Source of the DNA: Nemertoderma westbladi
Taxonomy: Eukaryota > Animalia > Xenacoelomorpha
Direction of reading: 5' to 3'
DNA length: 50,732 nucleotides
Assembly (NCBI GenBank): GCA_032718475.1
Contig: JAUCBJ010002261.1
Span: forward strand, 1 to 50,732
Numbering within the stretch: the stretch's first letter is position 1; each line of letters begins with the position of its first letter. The notes under the pieces are model-generated. The model did not search any database and was not told the origin of the DNA. It saw nothing but the letters and a program-made list of their open reading frames with translations. This document shows, piece by piece, positions 25,347-35,583 of this stretch. Made by a program: the position numbers and the translations under genes.

Positions 25347-27932
25347 TTTGGGTTGGGGGGACCGCCAGAGAAACCCCACTTCCTATTTGCCTTGTTCTGG
25401 CAAAAACCTGGTAGTGGTTCGCTGAATCTGTTTTGCTCGCTCCTCTTCCACTGACATTGCCTTGTCATTGTATTATAGGCCTTCATGGTCGTCTTACGGT
25501 TATCCACATATGCTTTCTTGGGGGCGCTATTGGCCTTGGGAGGAGGTATCATCCTATTTGGCTTACCTTGGCCACTATGTTTATTCTCACCTCTGGAGTT
25601 TACGTCACCATAATATATGCTTTCACATCCCTCTGTGTTTGAACTAGAGTGATCAGAGGGGCACTCTTCATAATTGGTGACATAAGCGTATCGCTTCTTG
25701 GTTGTTGTCTTATCAGTATTTTTTGTGTCTGAGTGGGTGCTTCTTTCCCCGTTTACTGTGATAAGATACGTGGAGATACCTGGTTAGGCAATCCTTCCAG
25801 GCAACTAATTAAATATCTAATCTTCTCACGTTCACTCAATGGCGATTCTAGAATATTGTCCTTGCAGAACTCTGCAAAGGGTAACCATTTCAGTTCGCAC
25901 CATCAAACTTTAAAACTTGACCTGAGGTGAGGAGACCCACTGTCGAGCTTCGTTTCTAGCCATATGCCGGGTAAGGTCGGTTTGGACCGCTGAAGAATTT
26001 AGTAAAAGGTTGGTTAGATATGAGCTTTGGTCGTTCTGATCTACGGTATTCTTGGCATGAATACCACTCACATCGGGGGCACGTTCCAGAATTTTTACAC
26101 CCTGCGACGCTGCTAGCATTAAGGCCATTTGTTGCTCTAAGTCGTCATTTCTTTGTAATAAAGAATCATTTTTGTGTAATAAAGAATCATTTGTGTGTAA
26201 TAAAGAATCATTTCTTTGTAATAAAGAATCATGATTTCTCAAGAGTCGCCGTTGTTGGAGGTCTGGGTTGGCTGATATTTTGTACATAACGGTGGATTTC
26301 ATGTAGGCTGGGATCTAATAGGGGTGCATAGCATAAGCCTCTGAAGGTGAAGGAGGGTCACCTAAGGGGAATGCTTCACCTGGGATGCCTGGCGCAAACC
26401 TAACTCCGTTTCTGGGGTAGGCTTCCCTTTGCCTGTCAGGGGGGGGGGGGGGGGCTGATATCCGTCAGCCGGATGATAATGATGCCGATGCCTTTGTGGC
26501 TAAGTGGGCCGATCTGGGCACCAGGTGCCTATCATCCAGTTGGTTTTGACGGTTTTATTATATCGTCGAGCGGGGATTCATTTCATCCCTAGATGTCCAA
26601 TTATTATTGTTTCCTCCTTCGTTACCATGGGGTAACGATGTGATACCTTGCAATTTTCTACCAAGCTGGTGATTGGGGATATTCCAGTGCCAAATATTAT
26701 ATCGTGCTTTGTCCTGGCCAAGGTACTAGACAGGTAGTTAGGTCTGGGGCGTTCTAGACAAGCTATATGAGAGATATTGTGGGAGTTTGGGGCTTCACTG
26801 GGTATTTCTTTAGTTACAGTTTGTGCCTCTACTGATAGTACAACATCTCTATTGCGGTAGGAGGTTGCTGTCATGATCGAGTGTGGAACTACCACTGGGT
26901 CGATTGTCTTGGCTGATGTATCGCATAATGGGGCTGCAACCAACCGAGGTGGTTCTTATTCCCGCGGATCTATATAGATCTCGAACCTGGGGTCGTTTGG
27001 CTCATCTTCCTTCTGTAACCTACCTAGGGGGAGCCGCGAATCCAGCGGTCTCGGATGATCTAAATCTGTCTGCTTTGGGTTATCCTGTCCCTATTATATG
27101 GAGGCAGGTCCGGCAGCACCACTCTAACAGCTCTCTTTTATCTGCTTTGTGAGTGGCTACCACCTTCACTAGCGTTGGTGGAGTTTCCTTCATCCGACAA
27201 AGCATAAGTCCTCTAATCGGCTGGTCTCGTCCTGAGGTTGAGCCTGCTCTTTCCTTATGCTGATTTTCACTTAAGTTTTTTAGCATTATTTTATTTCATA
27301 AAGCTAGATCAGCTAGCTTTCATTTTCCAGCTCGTCTTCTAACTGTAACTTAGCCGTTTCCTTATCAGCTTCTAACTGCAGCTTCACTGTTTCTAGCTTT
27401 ATTTTAGTGGCACGTTTGCTGGTTTTATTACATAGCTGGTTTGCGCTTAACTGCAACTCAATTTCCAACCTGGGGAACCTGGGGAACCTTAAGTTTGTAT
27501 AGATCTGCCCATGCCATATCATTAAACCTAAAGAACTTATGAAGTTCCAGGTGGACATGATGTAGATTTATTAAGAAATGTAATTCTTCCCCATAAACCT
27601 CCTGTTCAGAAGCTACAGTTCCGGTTACCACTTTCTCCCGGTAACTGTCAATCTTCTCCAGCAAGTACGTAAGCTAGTCTTGCTTGCGGGTGAACAGGAA
27701 TTGTTTCATCTGCAATGTCCTGCGAAAGGGTGTTACTAATCGGGGGGTGCAATTCCTCATTGCTGTTGGGTGAGGGGGCAAACATAATGGGGGATGTGTT
27801 CATTACTAGTAGTGATGATGAGCTCACTCCAGTTTGTACAACACTAACTATGGGTGGATGTACATTTAAGTTGGCTACAATCCCTCTGGCAAATTGTCTA
27901 GTTCTGTAATGGGCTGAGAGTTGGGGAATCGA

Positions 27933-28440
27933 AAACAAAGAATAGAGATGAGGAACAGCGATAAAGTTTTTAATTTCATAATATTATAAGACAAATGCAA
28001 ACGTTTCGGAAGTAAACAACTACCATCTTCAGTGCAATCAATAATAAGCCAAAATAAAGTAAACAGAAATTTGAAAAAAACGGCAAAAAAACAAATATAG
28101 AATGCAGTAGTGCTATAGTGCAGAAATAGGAGGGCCTACCTAAGACGGGAGAGCAGTATAGTAAATAGGTTTAAATAATATAACGGCAAATATCCTATCT
28201 AAATGGGTATATACTGTATATGGGGGGGGGGGGGGGGGGGGTGTCCTAAAATAATTCAAGAGGGATGGAGCTAGTTTGTGTATTCAACGTCGGGTGTCTG
28301 TCTCTAATAAAATGTCTAAATAAAATAAAATAAAAAAAATAAAAAAAAAATAAAATGTTTACTTCCGAAACGTTTGCATTTGACTTATAATATTATGAAA
28401 TTAAAAACTTTATCGCTGTTCCTCATCTCTATTCTTTGTC
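27933..28440 (-). mobile_element. Penelope-like element 3' fragment with inverted partial pseudo-LTR
   Basis: Minus strand ~28312-28247 reads FIRDRHPTLNTQTSSIPLELF*, typical of a Penelope GIY-YIG C-terminus; 27935-28018 is inverted at 28356-28439; tgtctagttctg occurs on both sides (27895, 28437). Confidence 0.82.
27996..28036 (-). ncRNA. Minimal type I hammerhead ribozyme motif
   Basis: Minus strand UGCA-CUGAAGA-UGGUAG-uuguuua-CUUCC-GAAA-CGUU-UGCA: CUGANGA and GAAA boxes, short stem I, imperfect stem II, palindromic vestigial stem III as in Penelope hammerheads. Confidence 0.7.
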
Positions 28441-30200
28441 TAGTTCTGATGTGGGACCTGTCCCAAAGATTTCTTGCTGGGAACAGGTGGTGCAACCTGG
28501 TCAATGGAAGGGGGAATGCTAGTATGGGGGGCAGCTGTAACCGATGGGTGGTAAACAAAACTGACTCGGTCGGACATGATGGCAAATTAATAAAATTTAT
28601 GCACAAATAGTATGTTGCAACTATTAAGATGTGTTAACTACGTGTTTGTTCTACAACATAAATAATCAACACCAAATAAGATATTCTATTTACGCCACCT
28701 AGAGAGATAAATAATTTGGCTATTATCGGAGATGTAATACTCTCTGCTCCCACTGGGTGGCTTTATCCTAAATAAATTAAGTAACGCCTTTCAAAGAGAA
28801 CAGGAATAACAAGTATCGCTAAAGTGTTTTTACAATTCTTATTTCACCGCTAGTAGTCGCTGTCTACTGTGATCCGAGTGAATGCCGTCTGTTGTCATAT
28901 CTTTTAAGGAAGGTGTGTGCCCATGTCACTGATGTAATCATATTGAAAATTATAGAGACCAAAAGTGACCAAAAACAAAGTTAATTGACGTATATTACGG
29001 CCAACAGGCCTTTATTCAACGTCTAAAGTCAGGTTTATTTATTTAAACACCGAACCGACTGACTGACAGACTACTGCAGTACTAACAACAAACCGGTAAT
29101 CGAAATGCAATCTACTGTATGAAATTTAATAACCACTACTACTATATAGATTTTGTACAAAGCACCAATAAAACTAAAAACCAGTCGGGCTACCTAACTA
29201 TAAATTTAGATGTTAAGCACCAACAACACCGTAAGACCAAATTAAGCACACATTCTAACTGTAATTCAATCGTGAAATTTGTGATATGCCGAAAAAATAT
29301 GCAAAAAGTCTGCAAAAAGGCAAAAAAGTCGAAAACATGTAAAAAGGTGTAAATATTGTAAAAAGCATTTCGCAAAAGGAAACCGCAGGACGGAATGCGG
29401 GGGGGGGGGTGTAGATGGGAGTAGTAATGGTTTACCCTATTTCGGCGACAATTGGACCTACTTCACACCTTGGGTGTTAAGTAGGTCATTAATTAATTAA
29501 CCAATTAATTAATTGGTCGATTAAACAATTAATTAATTGTTTAATCAATCGATTTGTATCAAATAATGTTGCCAAAGGCAATTTAATTTGATACAAATCA
29601 ATCAGATAGGGACGCGAGATGAATAAATTGTACTATAACAAACGAAATATACAATACAATATACAATACATTTGTATTATTTTTGCCATACAATAGGTAA
29701 AGGTAGAATTAAATAAAAAGACACAATCGAGACCCAAAACATAAATTACCCTCACACAAAAATAAAGTGGCCCCAGTTTGGCCCCGAGTCATCCCTCAAT
29801 AATCTGCGGTCTGTTGGGCTCTTATTAACTGTAGCATGACTAACCCAAACATCAATGCGTGAATGGGGCCTGCGTGAATGGGACCTGCCATAGAGTTTAA
29901 ATTATTCAAACCTATAGCTTCGTTATTACATCAATTCATCCAAGAAATTAGAATAAACATCTGCTCTTGCAATAGATTGCATTCTTTCGCATTGTATTGC
30001 GAAGCAGTTTACGCATGCATTAGCTCAACAACAAAGGCAATATCCAAACGCCATGTGTCAAGTCCATGTGAGGGTTGAACCCACGACCTATTGGAGATGT
30101 GAATTCAAAGCAACCACTACACCAAGGTGGAACAGTAACGTTTGAATTTGTTCGTTAACGTTCGAATTTGTAAGACTCTGATTTAAGACCTGAGGCACTC

Positions 30201-30578
30201 CCCACAACCACAGCCACAGCCACAGCCACAGCCACAGCCACAACCACAGCCACAGCCACAGCCACAACCACAGCCACAACCACAGCCACAGCCACAGCCA
30301 CAGCCACAGCCACAGCCACAGCCACAGCCACAGCCACAGCCACAACCACAGCCACAGCCACAGCCACAGCCACAACCACAGCCACAGCCACAGCCACAGC
30401 CACAGCCACAGCCACAGCCACAGCCACAACCACAGCCACAGCCACAGCCACAGCCACAGCCACAGCCACAGCCACAACCACAGCCACAACCACAGCCACA
30501 GCCACAGCCACAGCCACAACCACAGCCACAGCCACAACCACAGCCACAGCCACAGCCACAACCACAGCCACAGCCACA
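30201..30578. repeat. (CCACAG/CCACAA)n hexamer microsatellite in the left IR arm
   Basis: Direct reading. Confidence 0.97.
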
Positions 30579-30660
30579 AATATTCTCCTCCAGAAAAATT
30601 CAAGAAACATCTGGTTTACAATAGATTATTCTTTTTTCACAACTCCATTCTAGCCTCCCT

Positions 30661-30697
30661 CTATAAAAGCCCCCATTCACCGCATTCTCATTCATTC
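30661..30697 (+). promoter_or_regulatory. TATA box and Inr-like core promoter of the zinc-finger cargo gene
   Basis: cTATAAAAg at 30661-30669, TCATTC ~26-30 nt downstream, ~115-nt AT-rich leader to ATG 30809. Confidence 0.6.
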
Positions 30698-30808
30698 TCT
30701 AATTTTTATTTTTAAAAGTTTTATTTATTTTCATAAAAGTTTTATTTATTTAAAATTTTGTAAAATCATTCAGCGAAAATTCATAATATCAATTGACATT
30801 GCTATATA

Positions 30809-31564
30809 ATGCCTAGCTATGAAAGATGTTTGGTTTGTAATAAAGAAATGAGACGAGACAGTATATCCCGTCATATGAGTATACATAGAAAGGAAGGTGT
30901 AATGGAACCATTACCAAAGAAATTAAAAAATAATGATGATATTTTTAGTGAAGAAGAAAACAAAAAGAGAGTTGAGAGTGATTTTCTAGAGATTAAACAA
31001 ATGATGAAACATAAATTCGAGAAAATCATGAATATTTTGAAGAATATACAGAAACAGCCACATAGTGAAAAGGACGATGAGAGTGAGGAAGAGAATAAAT
31101 CAGAGGAAAGTGAGAATGATGAAACGGAGAGTGAGATAGAGAAAGAAGAAAATGAGAGTGGTGGTGAAGAAAATGAGAGCGAGAAAGAAGTCGAGGAACA
31201 TGAAAGTGGTGAGGATAATGACTCAGATAATGAGGAGATATTAAGACATGTATTAGGAAATAAAAATAAATTGCAGAAGATAATTAGACAATTGAATGAA
31301 ATGCAGAAACATTCGCATAAGGAGAGTGATAATGATGGAAATGAGAGTGATGGGGATGAATCGGAGGAGAGTAGCGATGACAGTGAGGAAGAATCAGAGG
31401 AGAGTAGCGATGACAGTGAGGAAGCATCAGAGGAGAATGACAATGAAAATGGACAGAAAATCAGAGTAGGGAATGGAAAAGTTATATCTCCAGCAACTGT
31501 TGTATATCCTAGGATTATGAACAGTAACAGTCGTACAGTTAATGCGAGACAGTGCAGAAGATAA
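30809..31564 (+). CDS. Single N-terminal C2H2 zinc finger + basic patch + long Glu/Asp/Ser-rich acidic region (251 aa)
   Basis: CLVC-x12-HMSIH; PKKLK NLS-like patch; intact, intronless, with upstream TATA. Confidence 0.75.
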   Translation: MPSYERCLVCNKEMRRDSISRHMSIHRKEGVMEPLPKKLKNNDDIFSEEENKKRVESDFLEIKQMMKHKFEKIMNILKNIQKQPHSEKDDESEEENKSEESENDETESEIEKEENESGGEENESEKEVEEHESGEDNDSDNEEILRHVLGNKNKLQKIIRQLNEMQKHSHKESDNDGNESDGDESEESSDDSEEESEESSDDSEEASEENDNENGQKIRVGNGKVISPATVVYPRIMNSNSRTVNARQCRR

Positions 31565-31974
31565 TTAGACAATTGAATGAAATGTTACAATGTGTTATAA
31601 CTTATGTGTTACAATGTGTTATATCTTAAATGTTACTCTGCTATATGTATATGTATATGTGTTATGTTATAAATATATATTTCAATGTTGCTATATTAAA
31701 AATATGAAAATAGTCGACTATATTTCATTTTTCTTTTTCAACTTTGGATAAATAATATAGGGGTTAAACAAAGAACATCAAAACAGTTAAACAGTTACAT
31801 TTAACATTTAGACAGTAAACAGTAACAGTAAACATTTACATGACCAGTTGCGGTGAATGGGGGCTTTTATAGAGGGAGGCTAGAATGGAGTTGTGAAAAA
31901 AGAATAATCTATTGTAAACCAGATGTTTCTTGAATTTTTCTCAGGCGTATTTAACAATAAAGTGGGTGAAGGTG

Positions 31975-32655
31975 AGGCTGTGGTTGTGGCTGTGGTTGTG
32001 GCTGTGGTTGAGGCTGTGGCTGTGGTTGTGGCTGTGGCTGTGGCTGTGGCTGTGGCTGTGGTTGTGGCTGTGGCTGTGGCTGTGGCTGTGGTTGTGGCTG
32101 TGGTTGTGGCTGTGGTTGTGGCTGTGGCTGTGGTTGTGGCTGTGGCTGTGGTTGTGGCTGTGGCTGTGGCTGTGGTTGTGGCTGTGGCTGTGGTTGTGGC
32201 TGTGGCTGTGGTTGTGGCTGTGGCTGTGGTTGTGGCTGTGGTTGTGGCTGTGGCTGTGGTTGTGGCTGTGGCTGTGGCTGTGGCTGTGGTTGTGGCTGTG
32301 GCTGTGGCTGTGGTTGTGGCTGTGGTTGTGGCTGTGGTTGTGGCTGTGGCTGTGGCTGTGGCTGTGGTTGTGGCTGTGGTTGTGGCTGTGGCTGTGGTTG
32401 TGGCTGTGGTTGTGGCTGTGGCTGTGGCTGTGGTTGTGGTTGTGGCTGTGGCTGTGGTTGTGGCTGTGGCTGTGGTTGTGGCTGTGGCTGTGGTTGTGGC
32501 TGTGGCTGTGGTTGTGGCTGTGGCTGTGGCTGTGGCTGTGGCTGTGGCTGTGGCTGTGGCTGTGGCTGTGGCTGTGGCTGTGGCTGTGGCTGTGGCTGTG
32601 GCTGTGGTTGTGGCTGTGGCTGTGGCTGTGGTTGTGGATGTGGCTGTGGTTGTGG
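31975..32655. repeat. (GTGGCT/GTGGTT)n hexamer microsatellite in the right IR arm
   Basis: Reverse complement of 30201-30578, but longer. Confidence 0.97.
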
Positions 32656-33251
32656 GGAGTGCCTCAGGTCTTAAATCAGAGTCTTACAAATTCGAACGTT
32701 AACGAACAAATTCAAACGTTGCTGTTCCACCTTGGTGTAGTGGTTGCTTTGAATTCACATCTCCCGCATGTCATGGGTTCAACCCTCACATGGACTTGAC
32801 ATGTGGTGTTTTGGGTAGGGCTTTGTTGTTGAGCTAATGCATGCGTAAACCGCTTCATAAAGTACAATATGAAAGAATGCAAACTATTGCAAGAGCAGAT
32901 GTTTATTCTAATTTCTTGGATGAATTGATGTAATAACGAAGCTATAGGTTTGAATAATTTAAACTCTATGGCAGGTCCCATTCACGCAGGCCCCATTCAC
33001 GCATTGATGTTTGGGTTAGTCATGCTACAGTTAATAAGAGCCTAACGACCGCAGATTATTGAGGGATGACTCGGGGCCAAACTGGGGCCACTTTATTTTT
33101 GTGTGAGGGTAATTTATGTTTTGGGCCTCGATTGCGTCTTTATATTTCATTGTAGAGTATAACTCAACAAGGGGTTCCATGGGATGCTTAATCCTTCACG
33201 CATGCCATACCAAAAACTATGGTTCTGTTTGAAATGTTAAGGTGGACCTTT

Positions 33252-33286
33252 CTATATAAATAAAACCATGTAAAGTTAGATCATTA
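33252..33286 (+). promoter_or_regulatory. TATA box and Inr-like core promoter of the GTSF1-like gene
   Basis: cTATATAAAT at 33252-33261, TCATT at 33281, AT-rich leader to ATG 33368. Confidence 0.55.
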
Positions 33287-33367
33287 TCTCTAAAAATATT
33301 AAGTGAGGTTTTTAAAAGTTTTTTAAAAAGTATATCTCAATAAATTTTGTTTTTGTCTTTTGTTACT

Positions 33368-33670
33368 ATGGAATATTTCATATGTCCTTATGATGCCACA
33401 CACAGAATTCATTCAGAAAAATATGTTACGCATTTAAGAAAATGTCGTAAGAACTTTTCGAATCAAAAAATGGTTCAGTGTCCTTTTCAACCCGCACACA
33501 GCTTTAGAGAAGCTGAAAAGGATCACCATTTGCGGTTTTGCGAATATAGGTCCAGGAACTCAATTTTTCATATATTAAAAGAACAGAAAAAAGAAGAGAA
33601 AAAAGAAGAGAAAGAAGAGAAGAAGGGAGAATGTTCAATGGCGTGGGGAGAAGAGGTGTGGGATTATTGA
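33368..33670 (+). CDS. GTSF1-like: GTSF1/Asterix-like protein: two CHHC (zf-U11-48K) zinc fingers and a Trp-containing acidic tail, 100 aa
   Basis: CPYDATH-x9-HLRKCRKN...K..QCPFQPAH-x9-HLRFC..R matches the GTSF1 pattern CPYD..H.I......HL.KCRKN...CPF...H....E..HH...C; ends AWGEEVWDY. First ATG is at 33368. Confidence 0.88.
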   Translation: MEYFICPYDATHRIHSEKYVTHLRKCRKNFSNQKMVQCPFQPAHSFREAEKDHHLRFCEYRSRNSIFHILKEQKKEEKKEEKEEKKGECSMAWGEEVWDY

Positions 33671-35583
33671 TCACATGGTGTTTGGGTAGGGGTTTGTCTT
33701 TGAGTTAATATGCGCGTGGACTGCTTCATAAAGTATAACGCAAAAGAATACAAACTATTGCAAGAGTAGATGATTATTCTAATTTCTTGGATGAATTGAT
33801 GTAATAACGAAGCTATGGATTCAAAGGGATTAGTCAAACTGGGGCCACTTTATTTTTGTGTGAGGGTAATTTATGTTTTGGGTTTCGATTGTGTCTTTTT
33901 ATTTAATTCTACCTTTACCTATTGTATGGCAAAAATAATACAAATGTATTGTATATTGTATTGTACTGTACTACGGTTCCTATTGTATTGTATATTTTAT
34001 CTACTGTACCTACTGTAGTACAATTTATTCATCGCGCGTCCCTATCTGATTGATTTGTATCAAATTAAATTGCCTTTGGCAACATTATTTGATACAAATC
34101 GATTGATTAAACAATTAATTAATTGTTTAATCGACCAATTAATTAATTGATTGATTAATTAATGACCTACTTAACACCCAAGGTGTGAAGTGGGACCAAA
34201 CTGTCGCAGAAGTAGGGTAAACCATTACTACTGCCAGCGTTTGGTTTGTATTTTGTTTGAGTATTCTGTACGGGTAGCGTAATATTTATTATTCAGAGTT
34301 TATGCGATTATTCGCAACATTCATGTCCCCAAGTTTATTCCTACAGTAATTGTGCTTGTTACACATACCGTTATAGTTAAATTAACCCCGGTACTACACG
34401 GGCTGCTTGGCGTAGGTAAAGACTGGTGACTTTATGCTCCGGTCACTCCAGCAGATGCCGTGGTTCTTTTAACTGTTCAAGTATATTTAACTGCTAGTTA
34501 TCTGTTCTTAATAAGTACTTGTACCTAATTTAGGGTTTGGTGTACAGTGCTTTCCGAAAGTAATTAGTGTGTAGGCAGTGTATTGTGTTGTAAAGTGGTT
34601 AATAGGCACGTTGGATCTGGTAGTCCACGGTAATTAACTTCTAGGTAGGAACACTCCGTGATACATAACTTAGTACCTATAGCGATACGGCTATAGGTCG
34701 TCAGGCGGTGGTATTTTCCTATCTGGACAGCGCAATATATTTACTACTACTTATTATTTTCAAATACCGTAGTATCCTGTCTGTTATAATAACCAGAATT
34801 CTAACCCTTTGTTAGACTGGTTTGTAGACTTCCTGTAAAATTACCCTAAAATTTCATACGTAATATTTTGTTGTGTTTTAATTAGAGAATTAATCTCACC
34901 CGTATCGTACGTAATTTGTAGTATTAAGTAACTTAGGTAAATTAGAATTATCTGTTTTAGTGTCCAATAAGTAGCACTTCACTGAGAGCGCACAGCTTCT
35001 GTGTAGTGACTCCCCCCAGAAATAATAACATTTATTTCAAATATTGACAAAACCCATTTTAAACGGGTATATATCTATTATAAATCAACTCAAACGATTT
35101 ACAAATAGTAGGCCTGCCATACAACAACTAGGTCTCAATATCAGTTGGACTACTGCTTAAATAACGGTAATAAAGTAAGTTAAAGTAACTAAGTAACCTT
35201 TAAAATTCAGAAATTCAATTATTTAAATAATTGATATACCGGTATTTACGATAGGCCTATTATCTTTATTTCTATAAATTTAGGCCATAAATTTAGGCCT
35301 AAATTTTAATTTATTTAGTCCAGAATTATACTTATATACTATAAGTGTAGGCTGTATACCGGTATTCACGATAGGCCTATTATATATTTATATATATTTG
35401 TGTTAAAATTATATACCGGTACTCTGTGACAAACCTAGTTTACAATACTTATATACTATAAGTGTATACCGGTATTCTAATATATTGTAATTAATTACCG
35501 GTACTAGGCCAACGGTCATACTGAATTACTAGACTCGCTTTAACTGTAACTATAGCAGTAAGCATTCAACTGTATAGATAAAC

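Larger units (their letters stand above)
25350..28630 (-). mobile_element. BEL/Pao gag remnants and 5' leader (same element as the pol at 22883-25230)
   Basis: MARNEARQ followed by LKWLPFAEF...ILESPLSEREKIRYLISCLEG (DUF1759-like, parallel to 44230-44400); coiled-coil fragments upstream; 21-bp coding repeat at 26140-26232. The LTR boundary beyond 28630 was not resolved. Confidence 0.7.
29420..34232. mobile_element. Non-autonomous Maverick/Polinton-like element with long TIRs and two cargo genes
   Basis: Begins AGTAGTAATGGTTTACCCTA and ends TAGGGTAAACCATTACTACT; 29420-29780 is inverted at 33835-34232 and 29720-30684 is inverted at 31849-33140. No polB, integrase or capsid genes and no 6-bp TSD seen. 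Confidence 0.75.

Noticed and set aside
29411-29425. Target-site duplication for the Maverick-like element
   Set aside because: Left flank gatggg does not match right flank gccagc; the resemblance of gatgggagt to the intact site gatggtagt is too short to interpret.
30088-32799. Poly-WL and poly-VA ORFs, and the antisense 30871-31572 ORF
   Set aside because: Translations of a hexamer microsatellite and the shadow of the acidic ORF.
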